NCBI GenBank assembly: GCA_026023565.1
Contig: JAPETS010000007.1
Location: forward strand, 744,001-808,000
Length of the DNA stretch: 64,000 nucleotides
Reading direction: 5' to 3'
From: Cirrosporium novae-zelandiae
Lineage: Eukaryota
The first letter of the stretch is position 1. Each line of letters begins with the position of its first letter. The translations under genes were made by a program, and so were the position numbers. Of this stretch, positions 11,905 to 23,131 are shown piece after piece. The notes under the pieces were generated by a model. It searched no databases, was not told where the DNA came from, and saw nothing but the letters and a program-made list of their open reading frames with translations.

Positions 11905-13749
11905 ATGCGTGTCTTTAAAGCTCTGCCGGGTTTGGCTTCGATAATAGGCTGCGCCGCAGCTTCTGGCCCTTTTCTTCAAACGGTTGATAGCTCTTCCTGG
12001 GTTATCGGAAACGATCTTTGGAACATCACCATTGGGAAGTACTATGGCACCAAGTTATACTACAAGGATAATGACTTAATTGGCGATGCATATGGGCATT
12101 ATGTTGACCTGCGTAGGTTTCCACCCCTACCAAAGATGCAAGACTAATCAATGCTAACTCGGTGAATCCCTGGTAGCTTCAACGAAAGTAGTCTTGAGCT
12201 GGACCTCGGCCTCCATATACAAGGAAACAGACTCATACACTGATATCGTCTTCACGGCAGGTGAGTATGGAGAACTTCACTGGGTACTACAATCCGATCT
12301 CGTGGGCGCCTATCAATATTTCATCGTCAATTCCTTCCCCGAACTAGGAGTCTTCCGCACTCTTGTCCGTCTTGACAACACTACCTTTTTCTCCGGCCAC
12401 ACGGGCATCAAAGACGACCTTCTGCCTACCTATTCCGAAATCCTCGCCGGAACAAAGGTCCAAGACGAGACGTGGGAAACCGCGGATGGGACATACATAA
12501 CGAAGTATGACTGGGTCAACTGGGTGCGCGAGCAAGACTTTTACGGTGTATATGGTGATGAGTTTGGTTCCTGGTATATCAATCCCTCAAAGGAATACTT
12601 CAATGGAGACCATTTGAAGCAGGAGTTGATGGTCCATCGGGAGAGCTCTACCGGGGATGTCGTGCAGCTGAACGTCATGCATGGGACGCATTTCATGGCG
12701 TCATCCGACGACTATGTCGAGCAGGGCCGCATGTTTGGGCCTTGGCTTTGGTACATCGTAAGCACCAACCACACCTAAATCCTCCATTCAAGAGAACTTA
12801 CTCGCCAACACACCCTCTTTGCTAGAACAATGGCTCTATCGCCGACGCCTCCACTCGTGCTGCCCAGGAAATTACTCTCTGGCCCTACTTTTTCGTAAAC
12901 GACACGGCCTACCAATCCCGAGGTACTATAACAGGCACCATCACACTCACAGACGGCACCCCCGCCTCAGGCGCCAGCGTTTTCCTAGGCGACAACAACC
13001 CCAACGAAACAACCCTCGACCAAGGCCGCGCCTACTACTACACGACCAGCGCCTCCTCAACCGGCACCTTCACCTTCACAGATGTCCGCACCGGAACCTA
13101 TGCCCTCCAAGCCTGGGGCAACGGCTCCCCCGCCTTATCCAGCATCACCACGACCTTCCTCCAAAACGACGTCGTCGTAACAGCCAACGAAACCACCACC
13201 CTCACAAACCTAACCTGGACCCCCCAGCAAGGTCGCACGCCCATCTTCCAAATCGGAGACCTCGATCGTAAGGCCACGGGCTTTGAATACGGCGATGCCC
13301 CGCACCAGCATGCGCTTGTGGACAAGTGTCCCGCAAACCTGACATACACCATCGGTGTCTCCAACACTTCGGACTGGTGCTTCGGCCAATCCGCTCTGGG
13401 TACCTGGGATGTAAAATTCTATATCAACTCCACCACCAACTCCTCCACCTCCACCGCAGCAGCCCTCCTCAGCATTTCCCTCGCAGGCTACAGCAAAGGC
13501 ACATCCGCCTCCATCTACCTAAACAACGATACCACCTCCACAATCGGCAACCTAACATCCGGCATCATCCCCACCGACCCCTGTCTATATCGCTCCGCTA
13601 CCTCAGCTGGAGAGTGGCATCTATATGAGTTCGAAATCGCGGAAGGTGTGTTAAAGAGTGGTGAGTGGAATGTGTTGAGTTTTGTGGTTACTAAGAGTAC
13701 GACTTGGAAGGGGTGGATTTGGGATTCTGTGGTGTTGGAGTGGGTTTAG
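11905..13749 (+). CDS. Secreted rhamnogalacturonan endolyase (polysaccharide lyase family 4)
   Basis: Signal peptide. Introns 12113-12176 and 12758-12825. Motifs LGVFRTLVRLD, KVQDETW, TKYDW, EYFNGDHLKQELMVHRES.TGD, HGTHF and GPWLWY, followed by an Fn3-like domain and a galactose-binding-like domain (IFQIGDLDR...WDSVVLEW). Confidence 0.92.
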
Positions 13750-14296
13750 TTTTGTAGTTTTATAGTTAGTTGTTTGTACTTTGGTCAAATCAATCCTAAG
13801 AAATTATTTGTTTGATACTTCAGGGGGTGCCCTTGCCCTTTCTTTCTAGCTTTTTATATGGGATAATCTTTTTGTTGGAATGTATTATTTTAAGGGGTTT
13901 GATTACTTGATTGATTCGTAGTGCTTGATAGATAAGGTATGGAAGCGGGAAGGAAAGAAAGATAGTCAAGGGGAATTGGGATTATGGGTTAGAATGTAGA
14001 AAGTTAAGGCCACTGTCGAAAGGGGGACGTGCTAATAAATATTTCAAGGATTGACTATGCAGTAGTGTGGTGTGAGGGGAGGAGGAGGAGGTTAGGGAAG
14101 TGAAGAGGGCGAATTGGAGATTAGAGGTGTTTTATTATTAAGTATAGGGCTAAGGAGCTAAATGGAGCAGGAATAAGAGTAAGAGTGGATGAATGGATGG
14201 ATGGAGGTGGAGGTAGAGGTTAGGGCAGGGGGGAAGTATGAAAGTATCAAGATGAAGAAGGTGTTTTTTTTTTATGTCTTGTCTTGTTCTTGTCTT

Positions 14297-14297
14297 A

Positions 14298-14341
<44 letters not shown>

Positions 14342-14410
14342 GAATAGGAGGCAGGCAGGCAGGCAGGCAGGCAGGCGAGCGCCAAACCAATCCATCCATC
14401 CATCTCTCTT
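14297..14410. repeat. Compound microsatellite (TC)n-(TTTC)n-(GGCA)n-(ATCC)n
   Basis: Read directly. It generates spurious ORF 14150-14434. Confidence 0.9.
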
Positions 14411-15083
14411 TTTCGCCCACACATGAGCACACAAAATTTAAACTTAACTTGATAAAATTAATATCACTTACTCTAACAATATGGACAGCAGCGGAATCCT
14501 AGATATACTAGCTATCTATCTAAATTCCCTAGCAGGGAGGAGGAGGAAAGAAGGAGAAATTTTTTGGAATTACTAGATTTGTTTTTTTTTTCTTTCGAAT
14601 GATGGAATTGGGGGTTTTTAGTTAAGGAGGTTTTTTTTGGTTTTATATGGTGGTTGTTTATTTTTTTTCCTGTATATATGTGTATAAGTATAGTATTTTT
14701 AAGAGTTGTTGTCCCGAGCGAGCGAGCGAGGTTGTCTGTCTGTCTGTCTATCTTTTTGGTTGAAAATAGGATTAGGTTCCTACTTTTTGTGGAGTTTTTT
14801 TTGACAACGTATTTTAATTTGGTACGATGGGTGGTGGTTGCGGTTATGGTGAGTGTGTGCTGGATGGATGTTAGAAATAAGTGCTTGCCTCTTGCCTGTC
14901 TAGTCTACTTTCCACTCTCGTCCCTTAGGGTTAGTTATGGTGTATGACTGACACGACACTGCTTCTTTCTCTATCAAGGAGTTTGTTGACCCTTATTTTA
15001 CCATAGGAATCACTGCTAGACTGGCGGGCCTTGGAAATCTTTAATCTTTTCCACAGTTCGACGATCCAGAGAGGTGCGAAAAT

Positions 15084-15514
15084 ATGGACGTGGTTGATCA
15101 AACGGTGCCAGAACCAGAGCCCCAACCAGAGCCCCAACCAGAGCCCCAACCAGAGCCCCAACCAGAGCCCCAACCAGCTGCGCCAATAAGGATCCCGTAC
15201 CAGACAGGTCTCAAAGAAACTATTAGGATCCCTGTATCCCACCCTCATATGATTCACCTCGAAATTTTAGGTGAAGAGTCGTTGACTTTTACCGTCAATG
15301 ATCTATTTTTTAGTATCCCGTTCCCGGACTTGCGAGGGTTCTGGCAACATCCATCAATACCTAGATGGTACAATCCATGGGTTATTGCTGTCGAAGTGAA
15401 TGGCAGAACCCCAAACAGTGATGATGAGGCCATGAGTGATAGTCTGTCTGAAAAAAAGAGTTCATCAGAGGGTGAACCTACGATGTTCAAACCTGATGAT
15501 GAGCTTGATAGCCT

Positions 15515-15583
<69 letters not shown>

Positions 15584-15977
15584 ACCTGAGCCTGAACCCG
15601 AGTCTGAGCCTGAAACTGAGTCTGAGCCTGAAGATGTCGGAAAGGGTATATATCTGATATTCTGCATGCCCGCCCGTGGATCTGGCTGGTATCCACGCAA
15701 TCATTTCTTCGATGGAGCTAGCAGAAGCAAATCGTTAATGAAGCTTACCGGTTGTAGACATGCAGTTGGGGATATTTTGATACAGAAGGTGGTTCTAATT
15801 AAGCCATGGTTGAAGAGAGATTTAAGCTTTGGGAATTCGTTTCCAATTAAAAACGTGATTATACCTGCAGATTTTCCTCTAGACGCTATCAGGGACGCAA
15901 TCGCCAAAGCAGATACTTTGACGGGTGCGGAGATTGCAATTCCTAGGGGATTATCTGCATCAGATCGTCGTCCCTGA
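15084..15977 (+). CDS. Hypothetical acidic protein with two Pro-Glu repeat tracts; a terminal intron from about 15925 could shift the stop to about 16049
   Basis: 297-aa ORF with globular-looking segments between (PEPQ)n and (EP)n tracts. No family recognised. Confidence 0.6.
15108..15176 (+). repeat. 12-bp coding minisatellite CCAGAGCCCCAA, about 5 copies
   Basis: Read directly; encodes PEPQ repeats. Confidence 0.9.
15516..15630 (+). repeat. Hexanucleotide coding microsatellite (GAGCCT)n, degenerating at its 3' end
   Basis: Read directly; encodes (EP)n. Confidence 0.92.
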
Positions 15978-16455
15978 CTATTCCAGTTGTCAAGTTGAAA
16001 CGCAACAGGTTGCAGGGTTTTGTCTTGGAGGAGAGTTGGGTTGCTTAAAGATTTCTTCAACATGAGTACGGGTGTGTATAGAATAGAGAGAGTGGTGTGG
16101 TGGTTATTGAAGGATGACATCGAAAGAGAGTTGGCTTTTCGTAATGAGCTGTCATTGAATACATGGCTTGACAGGCACAATTGTTGTATGAAGGGTATAC
16201 CAAGTAATCGTGGATTAAGCGTCTGGGGATGATTTTTAGCTTTGTCTTCTGCTTGTGATGTAATTAATTGTTTAAGCGCTCACAGTCATTCTGCTTAGGC
16301 CAAGAGAAGAGACCAACACATAACTTTGTACATAATTCTTTATTTGTCGTGCTCGCTCAAGGTCTTAAGGTCAAGGAGAATAATTCTCTTCTGAATTTCA
16401 TTTAATTCCTATCCAAGTCTGTGGTTTTTTGTTTTGCATATAGATTTTGAAAGTT

Positions 16456-17419
16456 ATGTCTGACAAGGATGCGTCAACCCCGCGGGTTTTTCTCGCTCGC
16501 CATGGTATATTTATACTTCTTCTCTAATAGCTTCCTCCATCTACTATCTATCATACCTTTCAAATTCCTAACTCCTTTATAGGCGAAACAGAGTGGACAA
16601 TAAACGGCCGCTACACAGGAATAACCGAACTCCCTCTCACTCCCAATGGCGCCCAGCAAGTCCTTGGTACTGGCAAAGTTGTGGTCGGCCCCTCCAAACT
16701 AATTGATCCTTCAAAACTCGCACACATTTTCATAAGTCCTCGTCGACGCGCCCAAGAGACTTTCTTGCTGCTGTTTGGCGACGAGAGTCAGAAAGCACTG
16801 AGCAGTGAGGGAAAGGTGACTACTACAGAGAAGCTTGCGGAATGGGATTATGGACTCTATGAAGGGAAGATGACGAGGGAGATACGGGCGATGAGGAAAG
16901 AGCATGGATTAGATGCCGAGAGGCCGTGGGATATATGGAGGGACGGATGTGAGGAGGGAGAGTGAGTCTTTAGTTCTTAAATATATCATGCCCCAGAGTC
17001 AACAACTGTCAAATCCAAGCCCACTAATCTCCACCGCTATAGATCCGCCGCCGAAGTAACCGCCCGCCTCGATAGTCTGATCGAAGAAATTCACGCCTTC
17101 CAGGCAGCAAATATGCATGGAGAAAGATCCTGTGACGTTGTACTTGTGGCACACGGCCATTTGTTGCGGGCATTTGTGAAGAGGTGGTTGAAATATCCCA
17201 TGGAGTTTCCATTGAGCATGATGCTGCCACCAGGGGGGATTGGGATGCTGAGGTACGTTGAGTCCAGACCCTTGCTACTTGAGAGACTGAAGATATTTTC
17301 CGCTTTATGACTGGATAATGAGACTGATATGGCACAGTTACCAACACCACAATATCGAGGAGCCAGCTGTGATGGTTGGAATGGCGTTTCCCTCCGAAGA
17401 GCCCAATTTAAAAAACTGA
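16456..17419 (+). CDS. SHB17: Histidine phosphatase (phosphoglycerate mutase family), sedoheptulose-1,7-bisphosphatase-like, 4 exons
   Basis: MSDKDASTPRVFLARHG|ETEWTINGRYTG...SPRRRAQET...EWDYGLYEG...WDIWRDGCEEGE|S...VAHGHLLRAFVKRW...GGIGMLS|YQHHNIEEPA. The RHG motif and WxIWRDGC/YQHHN are recalled hallmarks of yeast Shb17. Confidence 0.88.
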
Positions 17420-18388
17420 ATCGTCTCAGCACGACAATCCAGCGGGGACATGAAATCTAATGCAAGATATGATATAGACTTATAGAAACTATATATAAAA
17501 ATAGACTTGGAGACATCTAGACATTTCTACAAAAGTGAACCGCACACGATTTTCCAGAGTTATTTTATCTAGAGCCAACCCTTTTCGCCGCAACAGTGGG
17601 ATACAGAGCTGTTTATTCCAATGTATACTTTTGGGGATGGCAGGAAGATGTTCTGCAAGGCCCAGCAAGAAGACAAAGAGAGTAGTTATAAAGGTAGCTT
17701 CAAGGTAGTGACCGAGATTGGAAAATCTATCTTCGGGTCTCTCCTTGCTATCGCTGACGATTGATGACCGATAGGGCCTGGGGATCTGTTATCAAGGGTT
17801 TCCGGACGTTGAAATGATTCTGTTACTTGAGCACATACTGTACAAGACTTGGTCATGGGCAGTAAACAGTAAAGCGAAATATACTGCATGCTACGTGCTG
17901 GAGAGACGCTTTTATCAATTGAAGTAATGAGTGTAACGGTGGAGACGTCAAGACGAAAAGGTGGGAAGATGAGGGAAGATGAGTGGCTGATGGATTTAGC
18001 TAAAAGACCTAAAGCTCGGCTTGTCGATACCCCGGTTTTTCTCCATGTAGCCGAATTATTGGACGTCTTTCTTATCACTAAACAAATCGGAAAATCATCT
18101 ACATGCAGCATGATGTAGCTATATACCATGTACCTAGCTGTCCACATCTCCGTCTTGATCCAATCTCCGCAATATCCTAGTTACTCGAACCATGGTACCT
18201 TTTGTTGCATCTGCAGTGCAGTGCAGTACCTTATCATGGTCAGGTAACATGACGAAAACACACCAGGTACCATTTTTCAATATGCAGATCCGATGATCAG
18301 ATATGGATATAATAATTCTACTTATTGCTCATGACTTTCCTTGTGGCATCAGGCCATTGTCTGCTTCATTTGGCGACAGGCATTGATC

Positions 18389-20167
18389 ATGGTTCTCCTA
18401 TTTACACTCTTGTGCTTGCTTACTTCGGCAGCAGCCTTTAATTACCCCGCAAATGTCGATGTATGGTGTGGAAAAGCATACAGAGCAACGTAAAAATCCC
18501 CATTCTCTATTCAAGAGCCTTTGGGGATTCTTTGTTAATTATCTTCTAGAAACGCGTCTTTCGAACCTGGTGGATGGCTTGACGAGCCTACCCTTTCCTC
18601 AACCCCGCTCCTCGACTTGCGCATTCGACCACGCATGAATCTTTATACTTCTGATGACAACTTCGCTTCATTCATTATCGATGCTAGCATATCATACACC
18701 AATGGGGATCCCTACTACAGCACCATCTATGACAAGGAGAATAAGGTCACAAAAGCCTTTACTAAGCTGTTCATTGACATATCCGTTGCCGATACAGGAC
18801 TAGACCTTGTATCCAATGTTAATGTCACAGTAAATACCACTGCGAATGAATTCCAGTTCTCTCTTGCAAACCTGCCTGCGCAATATGAGCCTTACAACAT
18901 TACCGTCATAGGTGCCTCCCAGGATGGCAATCAGTCTTACATTGCAGAAACCCAGCTCTACCGTCTTCCCACAAGAAGCGATGGTGGGAGTATCACTAAG
19001 ATTGATAGCCTTTATGGTGGACTCATGGTTCAAGATTACACCACTAATTCCACCGAATGGTCTTATCTATTACCGTACTCTTATTACGTGAGCTGGGATG
19101 GCTGGCTTTCTCTCAATCTCTCCAATGTTGAATATTTCAAATCAAAAGGCTATAACATCATTCACATCGTTCCTAATGCTGGGTTGGCCAACGAAGCCTT
19201 CAACTTTACTGTTCTTAACGAGTTTCTCGATCGCTGCGATGAAGTCGGTCTCTGGGTCATGTACGACATGCGCTGGACATATCAGAATCTCAGTTCTGTT
19301 GCCTACCAGGTCGACATCATCAACTCACGAAAGAGCATGCTCCTCTGGTACACAGGCGACGAGCCCGACGGCCAAGTCGACCCACTCAACGCCACAAAAA
19401 TAACCTACGATTTGATCAAGTCCGTGGACCCTTGGCATCCTGTCTCGCTCTGCCTAAACTGCTACAATTATTACTACGAAGAATACTCCTCCGGTGCCGA
19501 CATCATCCTTGAAGACGTATACCCCATCGCCGTGAACACCTCCTATTCCGTCCAATATGACACCGTCTGTAACACTACCTACGGCTGCTGCGGCTGCGAC
19601 GATTGCGACGGTAACTTCGAAGACATCTCCACCCGTCTCGACCTTTTTGCTTCCTACCAAGACTGGATAGGCGGATCCCCGAAACCATTCTGGGGAGTCC
19701 CCCAGGCCTTTGGTAACGAAACATTCTGGAGCCGCTATCCGACACAGGATGAAGAGGTTGTGATGAATATGCTCAGCATTAACCACGACGCAAAAGGAAT
19801 CGTCATGTGGGACTGGCCTACGGAACCAGATCTGGCCTCCGTGACTAGTGATCTGGCAAAAACATTAGTGGCGGCGAATGTTACGAAGTTCTTGCTTGGA
19901 TCGCATACAACCGGTCTTGGTGTACACGGACAAAAGAGGATCGATGCTGCGGCATGGACGGTCGGAAAACAAATGCTAGTCAGCATCGTAAACCTCGAGT
20001 ATTCAGATTCGTCAGCAGAGATAAGCATAACGCTACCAGCAACGGCAAGCTCAATCGAAACTGTAGCCTGGGGTCCCGGAGGATGGACGGTAGGTAATAA
20101 TGGGACGATCGCAAAGGAAGGGATCCAGGGGTTGGAGGTGGATTTGATACTTTTAAAACTCAAGTAA
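18389..20167 (+). CDS. Secreted uncharacterised glycoside-hydrolase-like (TIM barrel) protein, 2 exons
   Basis: Signal peptide MVLLFTLLCLLTSAAA, then WCGKAYRAT, an intron at about 18490-18549 and the long ORF. It contains GYNIIH, GLWVMYDMR, WYTGDEPDG, DPWHPVSLCLNC, ADIILEDVYP and WGVPQAFG, plus many N-glycosylation sequons. Confidence 0.82.
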
Positions 20168-20556
20168 ACAAACATATAATGCACAAGTTTTCCATAATAT
20201 GAATATTATTATTAATGATTCCATACAATAAATATGCAAATCTGAAGGTGACTGACTGACTATACGAATGGAAGTAGCTAAAAATTAATTGAGAAGATTT
20301 GCTAAGGTAGGTTATAAGTTATAACTAATCATCCCCGTATAGCACGGTCTAACAAAAGGGTAGCTTATAGTCTAAGGGTATGAATCAATCAATCAATCAG
20401 TCTACAGTAAGTTACGTGACGATGATGATAAGATACCATTTATCCAAAACAACACACACGTCAAAGCCGACGGCGGTGCCGATTTATATGAGCCAAAACC
20501 TCAAGGGCATATCTATCTATCGAGCTATATTGTCAAATATCAAACTACCATTTGTA

Positions 20557-21866
20557 CTATTTATAAACAATATTTGCACGGCTTTGGCGAGGGGGCGTGG
20601 TTGTTGGGATATTTTTGCGGGTCATGGCTGTGTAGTTGAATGCTCTGACGCCCGTGTATTTGTCCGCTGGCCAGTAGCATGAAATTTTGATCATGCCGAT
20701 TTCCTGGCCCTGGCGTGCCTGGTACAGAAACAATATCCCGCTTAGTGTGGCTAGGAAAATGACGAGCAGCTTGCCACTGCGGCTGCGGATATCTGTGGGG
20801 GTCGTTCGCAAAGCGAGATATTGAGCGCGGCTGGTCGAGGTTCGCTAGGAAGATGGTTGTCTAGCTATTTGCTGTTGTTGATGAGGTGCTGTGTGGGTGC
20901 TAGAAGGGTCTTGAAGTCAACGAGGGAGAAGGGGGCCGGTTCGTAGTGGAAGTTGCCTGCTTTTCCGAGAACGACTAGCTGGAACTGGAAGACTATGTTT
21001 AGCTGCTTTACAGCTGCGGATACGTGGCGGAGTACGCTCTTTCAGTCCCAGATGTGGTGAAGCTCGCCCACTGTCATGCAGTCATATATTTAGGGAGACC
21101 CTTTGTATTAAGTTCCCGAATAAACTCATGTATACGTGGGCTATTGCAGAATAAGGATGGGTTGAATTAAAATTCGTCTCTGGGATTGTTGATAGGCCCA
21201 TCAGGAAGCTCGTTTCCTTTGTTAAGTATATTGACGGTATCAATACGAAATCCATCGATCCCTTTATCAAGCCAGAATTGCACAGCGCTTCTGTAAATGG
21301 CATCCCGAGTGTCCTCGGTCTCCCAGTTGAGGTCTGGTTGTTCGAGAGTAAAGGGGTGGAGATAGTACTCCTGAGTCTTCTCATCAAATTCCTATGCGCC
21401 TCCGTTGAACCAGGCACGCCAACCGGTTGGTGGCATCCGTTTCCCATTCTCATCATATTTTGGAGGCCGCCAAATATACTAGTCTTGTTTGGATTATCCT
21501 TTGATGACCGTGATTCTTTGAACCAGGCATACTGGTCTGAGATGTGGTTGATGAACAAGCCAAAGATGTATTTCATGCCATGCATGTGGCATTCCTTGAT
21601 GAGATTTTCGGCGTCGGTCAATGTTCCATACTGGGGGTAGATATCTTCAGAATTTGAGATATCATAACCCATGTCCTTCTGAGGACTGTCACACATGGGA
21701 AAACAACATATAATATCGATGCTGAAATCTGTGAGATAATCAAAGGTAGATATAATCCTGGGATGTCACTAACCCCGTCACTATTAGAGTCTTTGTAGCT
21801 CGCAGGCAATATCTGGTATACAGTACTATCTTTCTACCACGTTCTGGGGATAAATGTCACTGCCAT
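20557..21866 (-). pseudogene. Alpha-glucosidase/maltase (GH13) pseudogene, 3'-truncated
   Basis: [36 protein letters not shown] / DSPQKDMGYDIS / INHISDQYAWFKESRSSKDNP / YIWRPPK...QPDLNWE...[16 protein letters not shown] / MTVGEL / *TTIFLANLDQPRSISRF / LFLYQ..QGQEIGM. At least 4 in-frame stops and several frameshifts. Confidence 0.93.
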
Positions 21867-23131
21867 AGTGCCCTTTAGGAGTCAAGCATACAAGCCATAG
21901 AGAAACAAGGGCTTTGGTCAATGTGTCATAGACAAATCGGGGATGTACAAAATAGGAGACATGAGAGGGAAAGAAGTTTTAGTATAGCTAGAAGCAGACT
22001 GCTCAACGCCCAAGAATAGTGAGACCCACAGAGCAGAATGAAGCTACCTAATTCTATATCATCTCCAGATGATGATTTGAGAAGACATATGAAGTAGAAG
22101 GTAATCCAAGTCATCAACTAGACGGATTAGGCCAATCTTCGATTGTCCTCCATTTTGAGTCCTAGGTAGTCTTCTGCTATATTCCAGGTACTATGCATGT
22201 TCAGGATTCGGGCAACATCATGGATGGGTTTGGTACTGTAGATCGATTAAATGAGGCTGAGATGTATGGAGTAAAGTGGAATTGATTTGGAGAAGCACGG
22301 CGGGGAATCCTTACTAGCTCACCCTGATCACACTTTAACCTAAAGAGGAAACTTGGATTTTCCGCCATCTTTGACGTATATATGTTGGTCATCTTTATAT
22401 ATGATTCAAATAAAATCAGTGTAGGTATGTATAGAAGTATACATGATAGCCACTATAGGGGAGAATAAAACCTCTCGTGAGGGGCGAGAATGTGGAGGTA
22501 TTGTTTCGGGTATGGCTAGAAAATCCTGCCAAATCTAACCCTGGACGCAAGATGTGACGATAGATTCCGTAGTGAGCCATGCGTATCTTCTACTATGTGA
22601 CTGCTACCTACACTACATTTTTTTGATAGTTCGGCTCATTTGCCTCACGGTCCCTTAGCGCCTTTAGCTTTCAAACCCGTGCCCTTTCTCACAATTTAGA
22701 GCTGGGATAAGGGATCATGGCCCTGGCTTGCCGTGATGATTAGAGATATACCTAGCAGCTGGTGGCAAACCACCTTGCAGTGACAATATCGGATGATGCC
22801 AACTTATCAGCCCTGGATGTGGTCGATGAAGCTGAAGCTGACCTTAGGCTGATTATTCTTCCCATGTTAGTGTTATTGTTAAGCCTCTTATCTCAGATAT
22901 TATATTTCTAGGATGAGATTGAGTCTTCTTTGCATGTCCATTTTGCCATATAAGCGCACACATACCAAGCCCGGGCTTTTTCTTCCCGTATAACCAAGTA
23001 AAAAAAATTTAACTGACAAGCTTTCCAATTTTCTTTCTACTCCCAAAGCTTTGCATCTTTCAAAGATCTTACCCAGCTTCATCTTTGAATATCTTAATCA
23101 ACAAGTGGTAGCACCTACAAGTTCAGCGAGT

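Noticed and set aside
12819..13628. His/Arg/Pro-rich ORFs 12819-13271 and 13326-13628
   Set aside because: Off-frame readings of the C-rich third exon of the PL4 gene.
15254..15704. Poly-GS, poly-RL, poly-AQ and poly-SL ORFs
   Set aside because: Alternative frames of the (GAGCCT)n microsatellite.
22295..22500. CreA-like SYGGRG sites in the MAL intergenic region (22300, 22492)
   Set aside because: A degenerate hexamer occurs frequently by chance; plausible in context but unsupported without conservation data.
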